Shown one piece after another: positions 31,823 to 44,261 of a DNA stretch of 46,772 bases (position 1 is the first letter of the stretch; each line of letters begins with the position of its first letter). This DNA comes from Acidobacteriota bacterium (lineage in GTDB: Bacteria; Acidobacteriota; Thermoanaerobaculia; UBA5066). The notes under the pieces were generated by a model. It made no database searches. It was given only the letters and a program-made list of their open reading frames with translations, and was not told where the DNA came from. The position numbers and the translations under genes were made by a program. The DNA lies in assembly GCA_022711615.1 (NCBI GenBank), contig JAKLER010000002.1, forward strand, positions 1-46,772, read 5' to 3'.

Positions 31823-33229
31823 CTAGCTCCGCCGCCCCCGGATGCGGCCCTTCTTCAGGAACCCGTCGTAGTTCCGCATCACGAGCTGCGACTCGATCTG
31901 CTGCACGGTGTCCATCGCGACGCCGACGACGATCAGGAGCGACGTCCCTCCGAAGTAGAACGGCACGCCGAGGCCCTGGGTGATGAACGTCGGGAGGTTC
32001 GCGTCGAGCCACGGTCCGATTCCCGGGATGCTCTGGACCTTGAAGCCCATGAGCAGGAACTCCGGGATGAGCGCGACGACGACCAGGTAGAGCGAGCCGA
32101 TGAGGGTGATCCTCGTCAGGACGCTGTCGATGTAGTCCGACGTCGCCTTGCCCGGGCGGATGCCCGGGATGAACCCGCCGTACTTCCGCATGTTCTCCGC
32201 GGTGTCCGTCGGGTTGAAGATGATCGAGATGTAGAAGTAGCAGAAGAAGATGATCGCCAGCGCGTAGAAGAGGTTGTAGAGCGGCTGCCCCATGGCGAGC
32301 TGGTCGGCCAGCTTCTTCATGAAGTCGCTCTTGAACGCCGAGGCGAGGTACTGCGGGAACTGGATGATCGAGACGGCGAAGATGATCGGGATGACGCCGC
32401 CCGTGTTCACCCGGAGGGGCAGGTAGGTGTTCTGCCCGCCGTACACGCGGCGCCCGACGACCCGCTTGGCGTACTGGACCGGGATGCGCCGCTGCGCCCT
32501 TTCGACGAAGACGATCGCCGCGACGACCGCGAGCATGAAGACGCCGAGGAGGAGGGCCGTGAAGAGCGACATCTGGCCGCGCTGGATCTGCCGGAACGAG
32601 TGCCAGACCGCGGTGGGGAGCCCGACGACGATGCCGGCGAAGATGATGAGCGAGATGCCGTTCCCGATCCCGCGCTCGGTGATCTGCTCGCCGAGCCACA
32701 TGACGAAGGCGGTGCCCGTCGTCAGCGTGAGGATCGCCATCAGGACGAACGGGATCTTCCCGGCCTCGGACGTCGGGTCCCGGAGGACGAGGAACTTGCC
32801 GGTCGGCGTCGTCGTCCCCCAGAGCCAGAGGGCGATGCCCGCGCCCTGGATCACCGAGAGGACTACCGTGCCGTACCGGGTGTACTGCGTGATCTTGCGC
32901 CGGCCCATCTCCCCTTCCTTGGAGAGCTTCTCGAGGTAGGGCCAGACGACGGTGAGGAGCTGCAGGATGATCGACGCCGTGATGTACGGCGTGATCCCGA
33001 GCGCGAAGACGGAGAGACGGCGGAGAGCGCCCCCCGAGAACATGTCCAGGAACCCGAGGAGCCCGCCGGCGCTCGCCTTGAAGAACTCCTCGAGCGCCAG
33101 GGCGTCGAGCCCGGGCGTCGGGATGTGCGCGCCGATCCGGTAGATCGCCAGCAGCCCGAAGGTGAAGAGGACCCTCTTCCTGAGGTCCGGGACCGCGAAG
33201 ACGTTCCGGAAGGACTCGAGGACGATCAC
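31823..33229 (-). CDS. secY: preprotein translocase subunit SecY
   Basis: 468 aa starting at GTG 33229, which overlaps the rplO stop (GTGA). Sequence reads [36 protein letters not shown]...[15 protein letters not shown], with multiple TM helices. The upstream 76 aa of the track ORF are rejected. Confidence 0.95.
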   Translation of the reverse strand: MIVLESFRNVFAVPDLRKRVLFTFGLLAIYRIGAHIPTPGLDALALEEFFKASAGGLLGFLDMFSGGALRRLSVFALGITPYITASIILQLLTVVWPYLEKLSKEGEMGRRKITQYTRYGTVVLSVIQGAGIALWLWGTTTPTGKFLVLRDPTSEAGKIPFVLMAILTLTTGTAFVMWLGEQITERGIGNGISLIIFAGIVVGLPTAVWHSFRQIQRGQMSLFTALLLGVFMLAVVAAIVFVERAQRRIPVQYAKRVVGRRVYGGQNTYLPLRVNTGGVIPIIFAVSIIQFPQYLASAFKSDFMKKLADQLAMGQPLYNLFYALAIIFFCYFYISIIFNPTDTAENMRKYGGFIPGIRPGKATSDYIDSVLTRITLIGSLYLVVVALIPEFLLMGFKVQSIPGIGPWLDANLPTFITQGLGVPFYFGGTSLLIVVGVAMDTVQQIESQLVMRNYDGFLKKGRIRGRRS

Positions 33230-33681
33230 GCCGGGACGTCCTCGCAGCGGCCGCCCGCCGCTTCGATCTTCTTGCGCGCCCCTTCCGTGAACTGGTGAGC
33301 GACGACGGTCAGCGTCTTCTTCAGCTCGCCCGTCCCGAGGATCTTCACCTCGGCGCCCTTGCGCTTCAGAAGGCCGGCCTTGCCGAGGGCTTCGGCGTCG
33401 ACAGTGGCGCCCGCCGCGAAGAGGCGCTCGAGCGCCTCGACCGGGACGGTGTTCCACTCCTTGCGGAAGATGTTCTTGAAGCCTCGCTTGGGGAGGCGCC
33501 GGTGGAGCGGCATCTGGCCGCCCTCGCGGCCGAGCTGGCCGGAGTAGCCGCTGCGCGACTGCTGGCCCTTGTGGCCCTTGCCCGAGGTCTTGCCGAGGCC
33601 GGAGCCCGGGCCGCGGCCGACGCGCTTGCGCGCCGACGTCGCGCCCTTGCGCGGACCGAGGTTGTGGAGTCCGTGAGCCAT
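33226..33681 (-). CDS. rplO: 50S ribosomal protein L15
   Basis: 151-aa ORF reading ...[25 protein letters not shown]...[16 protein letters not shown]. Confidence 0.95.
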   Translation of the reverse strand: MAHGLHNLGPRKGATSARKRVGRGPGSGLGKTSGKGHKGQQSRSGYSGQLGREGGQMPLHRRLPKRGFKNIFRKEWNTVPVEALERLFAAGATVDAEALGKAGLLKRKGAEVKILGTGELKKTLTVVAHQFTEGARKKIEAAGGRCEDVPA

Positions 33682-33699
33682 GGTGTCTCGTCCCTCTCG

Positions 33700-34041
33700 C
33701 TACTCGCCCACGACCTCGACGAGGTGGCGGACCTTGAGGATCTGCCCGCGGAGCGCGGGCGTGTCGGGCCGGACCACCTCCTGGCGGATCCGCCGGAGGC
33801 CGAGGCCCTTGAGGGTCTGCTTCTGGTCGACCGGGGCGCAGATGCCGGACTTCACCTGGCGAATCCGGACCGTCTTCTTCCCGGCCTCCGGCGCCGCGGC
33901 CATCGCGGGAGCCGCCGGGGCGGCCTTCGCCGGGACGGTGGCCGCCGGCTTCGCCGTCTTCTTCGGCACGCCGGCCGCCGACGCCACCTCCGTCAGGAGG
34001 GCGTCGACGTCCTTCTTGGAGCTCTTCTCTTTCTCGGCCAT
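33700..34041 (-). CDS. rpmD: 50S ribosomal protein L30 with roughly 50-aa Ala/Pro/Lys-rich N-terminal extension
   Basis: The C-terminal 58 aa are a typical L30 (KTVRIRQVKSGICAPVDQKQTLKGLGLRRIRQEVVRPDTPALRGQILKVRHLVEVV). ATG 34041 has GGAGA 7 nt upstream and overlaps the rpsE stop (TGATG). A shorter form from ATG 33903 is possible but has no SD. Confidence 0.85.
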   Translation of the reverse strand: MAEKEKSSKKDVDALLTEVASAAGVPKKTAKPAATVPAKAAPAAPAMAAAPEAGKKTVRIRQVKSGICAPVDQKQTLKGLGLRRIRQEVVRPDTPALRGQILKVRHLVEVVGE

Positions 34042-34706
34042 CACTTCGTCTCCGCCGGGATCTCCGGAGCCGCGACGGCCTCGGCCGCCGGCGCCGCGAC
34101 CGCCTCGACGGTCGACGCTCCGGCCGTCCGGCCGCGCGCCTTGAGGATCGACGCGGCCAGGTGGAGGTTCCGCAGGGCGTCGAACGTCGCCTTGACGACG
34201 TTGTGCGGGTTCGTCGTCCCGAGCGACTTCGTCAGGATGTTCTGGACCCCGACCGCCTCCAGGATCGCCCGGACCGCGCCGCCGGCGATGACGCCGGTGC
34301 CTTCGGCCGCCGGCTTGAGGAAGACGCGGCCGGCGCCGTAGTGGCCCGTGACCGCGTGGGGGATCGTCGTCCCCTTGAGCGTCACGGAGATCATCGTCTT
34401 CTTGGCCATCTCGATCCCCTTCTTGATGGCCGTGGGGACTTCCTTCGCCTTGCCCGCGCCGTAGCCGACGCGTCCCTTGCCGTCACCGACGATGACGAGC
34501 GCGGAGAACGAGAAGTTCTTGCCGCCCTTGACGACCTTCGTGACGCGGTTGATGTGCACCACGTGGTCGATCAGGTCGAGGCCCGCGCGGCCCTCGCCGA
34601 GGGCGCCCGGCGGCCGGGGCGGAGCGGCGTTCGGACCGCCGGGGCCGCGGCCCGGGCCGCCCGGACGGTTTCCGAAGCGGGGGGGACGGGAGGGTGTGCT
34701 GCTCAA
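34041..34706 (-). CDS. rpsE: 30S ribosomal protein S5 with Gly/Pro/Arg-rich N-terminal and Ala-rich C-terminal extensions
   Basis: 221-aa ORF with core ...[50 protein letters not shown]... The TTG start overlaps the rplR stop, and its exact position is uncertain. Confidence 0.9.
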   Translation of the reverse strand: MSSTPSRPPRFGNRPGGPGRGPGGPNAAPPRPPGALGEGRAGLDLIDHVVHINRVTKVVKGGKNFSFSALVIVGDGKGRVGYGAGKAKEVPTAIKKGIEMAKKTMISVTLKGTTIPHAVTGHYGAGRVFLKPAAEGTGVIAGGAVRAILEAVGVQNILTKSLGTTNPHNVVKATFDALRNLHLAASILKARGRTAGASTVEAVAAPAAEAVAAPEIPAETK

Positions 34707-35071
34707 AACTTCAACCCCTTCTCGCGCGCCGAGTCGGCGAGAGCCTTGACGTTGCCGTGGTAGAGGTGGCCGCCCCGGTCGAAGACGACCGCGGCGATGC
34801 CCTTCTCCTTCGCCCGCTCCGCGATGAGCGCGCCGACGGAGACCGCGGCCGCCTTGCTCGCGGCGCTCTTCTTCCCGCCGAGGATCGAGTCCTCGCGGGA
34901 GCTCGCCTGGGCGAGCGTCCGGCCGGACGCGTCGTCCACGAGCTGGGCGTAGATGTACTTCAGAGTCCTGCGGATCGCCAGCCGCGGCCGCTCCGGCGAA
35001 CCCTCGACCTTCCGGCGGATCCGGGTGTGGATCCTGTCGCGCGCCTCGACCCGTGCCTGAGCCCTGTTCAT
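34703..35071 (-). CDS. rplR: 50S ribosomal protein L18
   Basis: 122-aa ORF reading ...[26 protein letters not shown]...VVFDRGG.LYHG.VKALAD.ARE.GL.F. Confidence 0.95.
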   Translation of the reverse strand: MNRAQARVEARDRIHTRIRRKVEGSPERPRLAIRRTLKYIYAQLVDDASGRTLAQASSREDSILGGKKSAASKAAAVSVGALIAERAKEKGIAAVVFDRGGHLYHGNVKALADSAREKGLKF

Positions 35072-35081
35072 CCTCGAGACC

Positions 35082-35639
35082 TCACTTGCCGGCGGCCTTT
35101 CCGGCCTTCTTCTTCAGGACCTCGCCGACGAAGCGGAAGCCCTTGAGCTTGTAGGGATCGGGCGGCTTGATGCCGCGGATCCGGGTCGCCGTCTCGCCGA
35201 CCTTCTGCTTGTCGACGCCGGTCACGACGATGTGCGTCACGTCCTTCGCCTTCGCGTCGGGCGCCACGTCGATCGTCACGCCGTCCGGCTCCGGGAACCG
35301 GACCGTGTGCGAGTAGCCGCACGTGAAGATGACCTCGGACCCCTTCTTCTCGGCCTTGTAGCCGATGCCGACGAGGTCGATGGAGCGCTTGTACCCCTCG
35401 GCCACGCCGAGGACGGCGTTCGCGACGAGCGCGCGGTTCAGCCCGTGGAACGCGCGGATCCGCTTCTCTTCGCTCGCGCGGACGAGGTCGACGCGGCCGT
35501 CCTTGACGGCGACCGTGATTCCCTCGAGGACCGGCGTGGAGACGGTCCCCTTGGGCCCCTTGACGTGGACCCCGGCGGCGTCGACCTTGACGTCGACGCC
35601 CTTCGGGAGTGTGATGGCCTTCTTTCCCACTCGAGACAT
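35082..35639 (-). CDS. rplF: 50S ribosomal protein L6
   Basis: 185-aa ORF reading MSRVGKKAITLPKGVDVKVD...V.GPKG.....GYSH.V. Confidence 0.95.
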   Translation of the reverse strand: MSRVGKKAITLPKGVDVKVDAAGVHVKGPKGTVSTPVLEGITVAVKDGRVDLVRASEEKRIRAFHGLNRALVANAVLGVAEGYKRSIDLVGIGYKAEKKGSEVIFTCGYSHTVRFPEPDGVTIDVAPDAKAKDVTHIVVTGVDKQKVGETATRIRGIKPPDPYKLKGFRFVGEVLKKKAGKAAGK

Positions 35640-35655
35640 CGTCTTCCCTCCGGTC

Positions 35656-36057
35656 CTACCAGACCGAGCAGACGACCTCGCCGCCCAGGCCGCGCTTGCG
35701 CGCGTCGTGGCCGGTGAGGAGGCCCTGCGAGGTCGAGACGATGGCGATGCCGAGCCCGCCGAGGACGCGCGGGAGCTCGTCCTTCCCGCGGTAGAGCCGG
35801 CGGCCGGGGCGCGAGACGCGCGTCAGCCCGTGGATCACGGGGTTCCCGGCGTCGTCGTACTTGAGGTAGAGGCGGAGGAGGCCGGCGCCCTTGTCGTCGA
35901 GCACCTTGAAGTTCTTGATGTAGCCCTCGTCCTTCAGGATGCGGGCGATCTCGATCTTCAGGCGGGACGACGGGACGTCGATCTTCTCGTGACGGGAGGT
36001 GAGCCCGTTGCGGACGCGGGTCAGGAGGTCGGCGATCGGGTCGGTCAGTGCGGCCAC
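35656..36057 (-). CDS. rpsH: 30S ribosomal protein S8
   Basis: 133-aa ORF reading ..DPIADLLTRVRNG......V..PSS.LK..IA.ILKDEGYI.... Confidence 0.95.
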   Translation of the reverse strand: MAALTDPIADLLTRVRNGLTSRHEKIDVPSSRLKIEIARILKDEGYIKNFKVLDDKGAGLLRLYLKYDDAGNPVIHGLTRVSRPGRRLYRGKDELPRVLGGLGIAIVSTSQGLLTGHDARKRGLGGEVVCSVW

Positions 36058-36067
36058 GCGCCCCTCC

Positions 36068-36253
36068 TCACCACGACGCCTTGGTCACGCCCGGGACGTA
36101 GCCGCCGAGCGCGAGGTTGCGGAAGCAGATGCGGCAGGTGCCGAACTTGCGGATGTAGGAGCGCGGCCGGCCGCAGATCTTGCACCGGTTGTGCGCCCGG
36201 ATCGCGAACTTCGGCTTCCGCGCGGTCTTGACGATTGAGGAGCGACGAGCCAT
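36068..36253 (-). CDS. rpsN: 30S ribosomal protein S14, type Z (zinc-binding)
   Basis: 61-aa [64 protein letters not shown], with a CxxC...CxxC motif. Confidence 0.95.
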   Translation of the reverse strand: MARRSSIVKTARKPKFAIRAHNRCKICGRPRSYIRKFGTCRICFRNLALGGYVPGVTKASW

Positions 36254-36272
36254 CGACGGTTCTCCCTTGTTC

Positions 36273-36815
36273 CTAGCGCCCGAACGGCATGCCCAGCTCG
36301 CGGAGCAGGACGCGCGCCCTGTCGTCGGAGCCGGCCGTCGTCACGATCGTGACGTTGAGGCCCTTCGACTTGTCCACCTTGCCCGGATCGATCTCGGGGA
36401 AGACGAGGTGGTCGCGGATGCCGAGCGTGTAGTTCCCGCGGCCGTCGAAGGCCCGCGTGGGCACGCCGCGGAAGTCCCGCACCCGCGGAAGGGCGATGTT
36501 GAGGAGGCGGTCGAGGAACTCGTACATCCGCTCGCCGCGCAGGGTCACCCGGCAGCCGATCGGCATGCCTTCGCGGAGCTTGAAGGTCGCGATCGACTTG
36601 CGGGCGCGCGTGATGACCGCGCGCTGCCCGGCGATCTTGGTCAGCTCCTCGGCGGCGGCCTCGACGATCTTGACGTTCGTGATCGCCTCTCCGACGCCCA
36701 TGTTCAGGACGACCTTCTCGATCTTCGGGACCGCCATCGGGTTGTCGATCCCGAACTCCTTCTTGAGGACCGGGACGACGTCCTTGCGGTACTTTTCGAT
36801 GAGCCGCGACGACAT
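36273..36815 (-). CDS. rplE: 50S ribosomal protein L5
   Basis: 180-aa ORF reading ...[20 protein letters not shown]....L...A.EL..I.GQ.....[28 protein letters not shown]. Confidence 0.96.
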   Translation of the reverse strand: MSSRLIEKYRKDVVPVLKKEFGIDNPMAVPKIEKVVLNMGVGEAITNVKIVEAAAEELTKIAGQRAVITRARKSIATFKLREGMPIGCRVTLRGERMYEFLDRLLNIALPRVRDFRGVPTRAFDGRGNYTLGIRDHLVFPEIDPGKVDKSKGLNVTIVTTAGSDDRARVLLRELGMPFGR

Positions 36816-36818
36816 CGC

Positions 36819-37187
36819 TTACGCTCCCGTCTTCTTGGTCACGGAGGAGATCGTCGCCTTGCTCCGGCGCGCGTAGCGCACGCGCTCCCCCCCCTCGACG
36901 CGGACGCCGACGCGGGTCGGCTTGCCGGTCTCCGGGTCGCGGAGCATGACGTTCGAGATGGCGATGGCCGCCTCCCTCTCGACGATCCCGCCCTTGATGT
37001 TCTTCTGGGGGTTCGGGCGCGTGGCGCGCTTGATGAGGTTCACACCCTCCACCACGACCCGTCCCTTGTCGGGGACGACGCGCAGGACCTTCCCGTGCGC
37101 GCCCCGGTCCTTGCCGGCCAGGACGACGACCTCGTCGCCCTTCCGGACCCTGGTCTTCCCCGTGTACTCGGGCTGCTTCTTCTTCAT
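36819..37187 (-). CDS. rplX: 50S ribosomal protein L24
   Basis: 122-aa ORF reading ..[24 protein letters not shown]...[11 protein letters not shown]... Confidence 0.94.
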   Translation of the reverse strand: MKKKQPEYTGKTRVRKGDEVVVLAGKDRGAHGKVLRVVPDKGRVVVEGVNLIKRATRPNPQKNIKGGIVEREAAIAISNVMLRDPETGKPTRVGVRVEGGERVRYARRSKATISSVTKKTGA

Positions 37188-37197
37188 CGCGTTCGCC

Positions 37198-37572
37198 TCA
37201 GATCACCTCGGGAGCGAGCGAGATGATCTTCATGTACTTCTTCTCGCGAAGCTCCCGAGCGACCGGCCCGAACACGCGGGTCCCGATCGGTTCCTTGTCG
37301 TTGTTGATCAGGACGGCCGCGTTGTTGTCGAAGCGGATGTAGCTGCCGTCCCGCCGGCGCTGCTCGCGCCGCGTGCGCACGATGACGGCCTTCACGACCT
37401 TCCCCTTCTTGACCGCGTCGGGCGCGTCCGGGGCGGACTCCCTCACCGCGCAGGTGATGACGTCGCCCAGGCGCCCGTACTGCCCCACCGACCCGCCCTT
37501 CAGGCGGATGCAGGAGAGGCGCTTGGCGCCGGAGTTGTCCGCGACCTCGAGGATCGTCCCCATCTGGATCAT
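37198..37572 (-). CDS. rplN: 50S ribosomal protein L14
   Basis: 124-aa [30 protein letters not shown].... Confidence 0.96.
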   Translation of the reverse strand: MIQMGTILEVADNSGAKRLSCIRLKGGSVGQYGRLGDVITCAVRESAPDAPDAVKKGKVVKAVIVRTRREQRRRDGSYIRFDNNAAVLINNDKEPIGTRVFGPVARELREKKYMKIISLAPEVI

Positions 37573-37584
37573 GGCGACCCTCCC

Positions 37585-37878
37585 TTACGCTTCCCGGCGC
37601 GCGGCGGTCACGACCGCGCGCACGCGCCAGCGCTTTCGCGCCGAGAGGGGCCGCGTCTCCTCGATCTCGACGACGTCCCCGGGAATGCACGCGTGGACGC
37701 GGTCGTCCGCGAGGAAGCGGGCGGACTTCTTCAGGAACTTGCCGTACCGGCCGTGCTTGACGAGGCGGGTGACCTCGACGACGACGGTCTTCTCCATCTT
37801 GTTGGAGACGACCGTGCCGACCTTGCGGCTCTTGCGGGCTGCGGGCTTCGCCGCTGCGGTGGTGGTCTCGGTGGTCAT
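37585..37878 (-). CDS. rpsQ: 30S ribosomal protein S17
   Basis: 97 aa from ATG 37878, which overlaps the rpmC stop (ATGA). Sequence reads ...KVGTVVSNKMEKTVVVEVTRLVKHGRYGKFLKKSARFLADD....GDVVEIEETRPLSA.KRWRV. Confidence 0.94.
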   Translation of the reverse strand: MTTETTTAAAKPAARKSRKVGTVVSNKMEKTVVVEVTRLVKHGRYGKFLKKSARFLADDRVHACIPGDVVEIEETRPLSARKRWRVRAVVTAARREA

Positions 37879-38065
37879 CGGGCCTGCCTCTCGGCCGTCT
37901 TCAGCCGCGCGATGTCGCGCCGCAGCTGGCGGATCTTCATCGGGTTCTCCAGCTGGCCGGTCGCCTTCTGGAGTCGGAGGTTGAACAGGGCCTGCGTCCA
38001 CTCGCGGAGCTTGGCGCCGCGCTCGTCGGCGGACCAGCCCTTCATCGTCTCGACGGTCGTCCCCT

Positions 38066-38069
<4 letters not shown>
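37875..38069 (-). CDS. rpmC: 50S ribosomal protein L29
   Basis: 64 aa at the end of track ORF 37875..38660: [64 protein letters not shown]. The ATG at 38069 overlaps the rplP stop (ATGA). Confidence 0.93.
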
Positions 38070-38491
<422 letters not shown>

Positions 38492-38503
38492 GGCGGGAGT
38501 TCC

Positions 38504-39151
38504 TTACGCGACTTTCCGGCGCGACTTCGCGCGGTGGAGGTCGCCCTTGTAGATCCAGCACTTCACGCCGATCTTCCCGTACGTCGTGCGGGCCTCGGCG
38601 AAGCCGTAGTCGATGTCGGCCTTGAGGGTGTGGAGCGGCAGGCGCCCCTCCTGGTACCACTCGGAGCGCGCGATCTCGGCGCCGTTGAGCCGGCCGGAGC
38701 AGCGGATCTTGATTCCCTGCGCCCCGAAGCGGAACGCGGACTCCATCCCCTTCTTCATCGCGCGGCGGAAGGCGACGCGGCGCTCGAGCTGCATCGCGAT
38801 CGACTCGGAGACGAGCTGGGCGTCGGTCTCGGGCCGCTGGATCTCCACGATGTTCACGTGGATGTCCTTGCCGAGGCGGCGCTGGAGGCGGTCGCGGAGC
38901 TGGTCGACGGCCGCGCCCTTCTTGCCGATGATGACTCCCGGGCGGGCGGTCATGATGTTGATCTTGAGCTTGTTCCCGCGCTCGATCTCGACCTCGGAGA
39001 CGGCCGCGTTCGAGAGGTCGCGCTTGAGCTCGGCCCGGAGCTTCAGGTCGTCGTGCAGGAAGCGGAGGTAGTCCTTCTCCGCGTACCAGCGCGAGTGCCA
39101 GGTCCGGTTGTAGCCGATGCGGAACCCGTAGGGGTGAACCTTCTGACCCAT
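38504..39151 (-). CDS. rpsC: 30S ribosomal protein S3
   Basis: 215-aa [27 protein letters not shown].... Confidence 0.96.
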   Translation of the reverse strand: MGQKVHPYGFRIGYNRTWHSRWYAEKDYLRFLHDDLKLRAELKRDLSNAAVSEVEIERGNKLKINIMTARPGVIIGKKGAAVDQLRDRLQRRLGKDIHVNIVEIQRPETDAQLVSESIAMQLERRVAFRRAMKKGMESAFRFGAQGIKIRCSGRLNGAEIARSEWYQEGRLPLHTLKADIDYGFAEARTTYGKIGVKCWIYKGDLHRAKSRRKVA

Positions 39152-39158
39152 CTTCGTC

Positions 39159-39767
39159 CTACTCCTGACCGCCGGCGGGCTCCGCGGCCTTCGCGCTCTT
39201 CCTGGTCCTCGGGGCCTTCGGGGCGCCCTCGGCCTTCGCGGGCTTCGCGTCGGCCTTCGGGGCCTGCGGCCGCGCGGCGGCCTTGGCGACCGCGGCGGCG
39301 ACCTTGCCGCCCTTCTTCTTCGCGGCCGGGCGCGCCGGCTCGGCCGTCAGCCCCGCCTTGCGGCGGACCGCCGGGTCGTCCGAGAGGACGACCGTGACGT
39401 GGCAGAAGGGCCGTGTGACGAGCCACATCCGCCCCTGCGGGCCGCTCATGAAGCGGGGCCGGGCGAAGCGCTTCTTGTAGTTGGAGACCGAGCGGAGCAT
39501 CGAGTTCCGCTGGAGGGGCTTGCGCCCCGCTCCGTCGACCAGGACGCGCGAGACGACGAGCGCGTCCGCGTCGACGCCCGAGCCGTTCTGCTGGGCGTTC
39601 GCGACGGCCGACTCGACGAGCTTCTTCAGGTCGGGAGAGCAGCCCTTCGGCGTCGCGCGGAGCGTCGCGAGCGCGCGGCCGACCGGCTTCATGCGGATGA
39701 GGTCCGCGACGAGCCGCACCTTCTGTGCGGAGCCGCGGTAGTGGCGGAGGCGGGCGACGGCTTCCAT
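39159..39767 (-). CDS. rplV: 50S ribosomal protein L22 with an internal insertion of about 20 aa and a roughly 70-aa Lys/Ala/Pro-rich C-terminal tail
   Basis: 202-aa ORF. The conserved ends are [24 protein letters not shown] and ...[26 protein letters not shown]. See the finding for the insertion. Confidence 0.93.
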   Translation of the reverse strand: MEAVARLRHYRGSAQKVRLVADLIRMKPVGRALATLRATPKGCSPDLKKLVESAVANAQQNGSGVDADALVVSRVLVDGAGRKPLQRNSMLRSVSNYKKRFARPRFMSGPQGRMWLVTRPFCHVTVVLSDDPAVRRKAGLTAEPARPAAKKKGGKVAAAVAKAAARPQAPKADAKPAKAEGAPKAPRTRKSAKAAEPAGGQE

Positions 39768-39777
39768 CGGTCCTCCG

Positions 39778-40077
39778 TTACTTGGCGGCCGGCGCCGGCG
39801 TGGCGCCCTTCTCGACCTTCCGGCCCGAGTGGCCCTTGAAGGTGCGGGTGGGAGAGAACTCGCCGAGCTTGTGGCCGACCATGTTCTCGGAGACGTAGAC
39901 GGGGATGAACTTCTTGCCGTTGTGGACGGCGACGGTGTGGCCGACCATCTCGGGCATGATCGTCGAGCGGCGCGACCAGGTCTTGACCACGCGCTTGTCC
40001 CCCGCCGAGTTGAGGGCGACGATCTTCTCGAGGAGGTGCCCGTCCACGAAGGGGCCTTTCTTTGTCGAACGCGACAT
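39778..40077 (-). CDS. rpsS: 30S ribosomal protein S19
   Basis: 99-aa [22 protein letters not shown]......[48 protein letters not shown]. Confidence 0.96.
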   Translation of the reverse strand: MSRSTKKGPFVDGHLLEKIVALNSAGDKRVVKTWSRRSTIMPEMVGHTVAVHNGKKFIPVYVSENMVGHKLGEFSPTRTFKGHSGRKVEKGATPAPAAK

Positions 40078-40098
40078 CAGGGTTTCCTTCGCTCCGCC

Positions 40099-40923
<825 letters not shown>

Positions 40924-40924
40924 G

Positions 40925-41218
40925 TCAGACCCCCTCGAAGATCGGCGGGAGCTTCTCGCCCGCCTTCAGCTTCACGTAGGCCTTCCGCCCCTCGCTCGTG
41001 CGACCGATGGAGCGCCCGACCTTCTTGATCTTCGACGTCGTCTTGAGGACCCGGACGGAGTCGACCTTGACGTCGAACAGGACCTCCACGGCGCGGCGGA
41101 TCTCGATCCGGTTCGCGTCGGTGGCGACCTTGAACGTCAGGACGTTCTGCGTCTCGCGCAGAGTCGTCGACTTCTCGGTGATGATGGGCTTGAGGAGGAT
41201 CGACTGGGCGGTCTTCAT
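40925..41218 (-). CDS. rplW: 50S ribosomal protein L23
   Basis: 97 aa at the end of track ORF 40925..41740: [57 protein letters not shown]... The ATG at 41218 overlaps the rplD stop (ATGA). Confidence 0.94.
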   Translation of the reverse strand: MKTAQSILLKPIITEKSTTLRETQNVLTFKVATDANRIEIRRAVEVLFDVKVDSVRVLKTTSKIKKVGRSIGRTSEGRKAYVKLKAGEKLPPIFEGV

Positions 41219-41871
41219 CCGAGCACCTCGGTGACCGTCTTGAGGGCCTGCTCCGTCAGGATGACCGCCCCCGCCTCGAGCGCCGAGTAGGCGTCGAGCC
41301 CGAGAGCGTCCTCGACGAGGAGGAGCGGGTTGTTCCGCGCCGCCTTGGCGAGCTTCTCGTTCTCGCGGCGGTCGAGAAGAAGGGCCTTCCCGGTCACGCC
41401 GAGCTTCGTCATCGCGGCGGCGAGGTCCTTCGTCCGGTGCGTCGGGAGCTCGAGGCTCTCGAGGAGGACGAGCTGGTTCTCGCGGAGCTTCTCCGAGAGG
41501 ACGCAGCGGAGGGCCGCCTTCTTCGTGGCGACGTTGACCTTCAGCTCGTAGGAGCGCGGGACGGGCCCGTGCACCGTGCCGCCGTGGCGGTGGATCGGCG
41601 GACGGCCGCCGCCCTGCCGCGCCCGGCCGGTGTGCTTCTGCTTGAAGGGCTTCTTGCCCGTGCCCGAGACCTCGGAGCGGACCTTCGTCTTGTGGGTCCC
41701 CGCGTGCTCGCGCGCGCGGATCGCCCGGACGACCTCCCACACCACGTGACGGCGGAAGGGGACCCCGAAGATCTCCTCGGGGAGGTTCGCCTCGCCGACG
41801 GTCTCGGCGTTCAGGTTGCGGATCGGCACGGTGAGGCCGGAGGCGGGGGACGTCTTCTTCGTGGTCGCCAT
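41215..41871 (-). CDS. rplD: 50S ribosomal protein L4
   Basis: 218 aa from ATG 41871 reading ...AGTHKTKVRSEVSGTGKKPFKQKHTGRARQGGGRPPIHRHGGTVHGP.PRSY... The upstream part of the track ORF is rejected. Confidence 0.94.
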   Translation of the reverse strand: MATTKKTSPASGLTVPIRNLNAETVGEANLPEEIFGVPFRRHVVWEVVRAIRAREHAGTHKTKVRSEVSGTGKKPFKQKHTGRARQGGGRPPIHRHGGTVHGPVPRSYELKVNVATKKAALRCVLSEKLRENQLVLLESLELPTHRTKDLAAAMTKLGVTGKALLLDRRENEKLAKAARNNPLLLVEDALGLDAYSALEAGAVILTEQALKTVTEVLG

Positions 41872-41882
41872 CGTCCCTCTCC

Positions 41883-42530
41883 TCACGCCGCCTGCGTCTT
41901 CGCGCGCTTCTTCACGATCTTGACGACCGTGTTCCGCGCGCCGGGGACCGCGCCCCGCAGGTAGATCAGGTGGTTCTCGGCGTCGACCTTCACGACCTCG
42001 AGGTTCTTGGTCGTGATCTGCTTCCCGCCCATCCGGCCCGACGAACGGGTCCCGGCGATGACGCGGGAGGGGAACGCCGAGGCGCCGATCGAGCCCGGGA
42101 GGCGGTGGAACATCGACCCGTGGGTCGCGACGCCGCCCCCGAACCCGTGGCGCTTGATGACCCCCTGGAACCCCTTGCCCTTCGAGACGCCGACGACGTC
42201 GACGTGCTCGGCGGCGTTGAAGATGTCGCAGAGGACCTTGTCGCCCGGGGCGAACGCGTCCCCCTCCTCGCACCGGACCTCACCGACGGTCCGGGTGGGG
42301 GGAACGCCGGCCTTCTCGAAGTGGCCGCGGACGGCCTTCGTGAGGCGGCGGGGCGACGGACGGGGCCCGACGAGCCCGAGCTGGACCGCGTCGTAGCCGT
42401 CGTTCTGCTTGGTCTTGCGCTGTACGACCAGGCACGGCCCGGCCTCCACCACCGTCACCGGCACCACCGTGCCGTCGGCCGCGAAGAGCTGGGTCATCCC
42501 GATCTTGCGCCCCAGAATCCCTGTGATCAT
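41883..42530 (-). CDS. rplC: 50S ribosomal protein L3
   Basis: 215 aa from ATG 42530: [38 protein letters not shown]...DGY.AVQLG... Confidence 0.95.
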   Translation of the reverse strand: MITGILGRKIGMTQLFAADGTVVPVTVVEAGPCLVVQRKTKQNDGYDAVQLGLVGPRPSPRRLTKAVRGHFEKAGVPPTRTVGEVRCEEGDAFAPGDKVLCDIFNAAEHVDVVGVSKGKGFQGVIKRHGFGGGVATHGSMFHRLPGSIGASAFPSRVIAGTRSSGRMGGKQITTKNLEVVKVDAENHLIYLRGAVPGARNTVVKIVKKRAKTQAA

Positions 42531-42558
42531 GGTCAAAAACCTCGTTACGGCTCCGGGG

Positions 42559-42876
42559 TCATTTCCCCATGGTGCGGATCTCGACTTCCACACCGGCGGG
42601 GAGCTCGAGCTTGGTGAGGGCGTCGACGGTCTGCGGCGTCCACTCGAAGATGTCGAGGAGGCGCTTGTGGGTCCGCATCTCGAACTGCTCCCGCGACTTC
42701 TTGTCGACGTGCGGCGAGCGGTTCACCGTCCACCGAGAGATGGCCGTCGGAAGCGGAATCGGACCGGCGACCTTCGCGCCCGAGCGGCGCGCGGTGTCGA
42801 CGATCTCGAGCGTCGACTGGTCGAGGATTCGGTAGTCGTAGCCCTTGAGGCGGATGCGGATCTTGTCGTTGCCCAT
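42559..42876 (-). CDS. rpsJ: 30S ribosomal protein S10
   Basis: 105-aa ORF reading ..[32 protein letters not shown]......[24 protein letters not shown]. Confidence 0.96.
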   Translation of the reverse strand: MGNDKIRIRLKGYDYRILDQSTLEIVDTARRSGAKVAGPIPLPTAISRWTVNRSPHVDKKSREQFEMRTHKRLLDIFEWTPQTVDALTKLELPAGVEVEIRTMGK

Positions 42877-42912
42877 CGTCTTTCTCGTGGTACCGCCCCA
42901 GGGGGCGGAGGG

Positions 42913-42956
42913 CCGGCCGCGGGGGAAGGGGCCCGAGGGCCCCTCCCCGCGGCCGG
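42913..42956 (-). terminator. long GC-rich hairpin between tuf and rpsJ (tuf terminator and/or S10-operon leader structure)
   Basis: CCGGCCGCGGGGGAAGGGGCCC-GA-GGGCCCCTCCCCGCGGCCGG, about 20 bp with one bulge. On the minus strand it is followed by a second small hairpin, CCGCCC-CCTG-GGGCGG. No clear U-tract. Confidence 0.45.
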
Positions 42957-42964
42957 ACGCTCGT

Positions 42965-44167
<1,203 letters not shown>

Positions 44168-44261
44168 CGTTTCCTCCGAATATCTCCTCGGTCCGTCGTC
44201 TCAGGGTTCCGGGAACTCTGTCAGGCGTTCTTGGTCGATCCTGTGGCCCGCGCGCGGCGCG

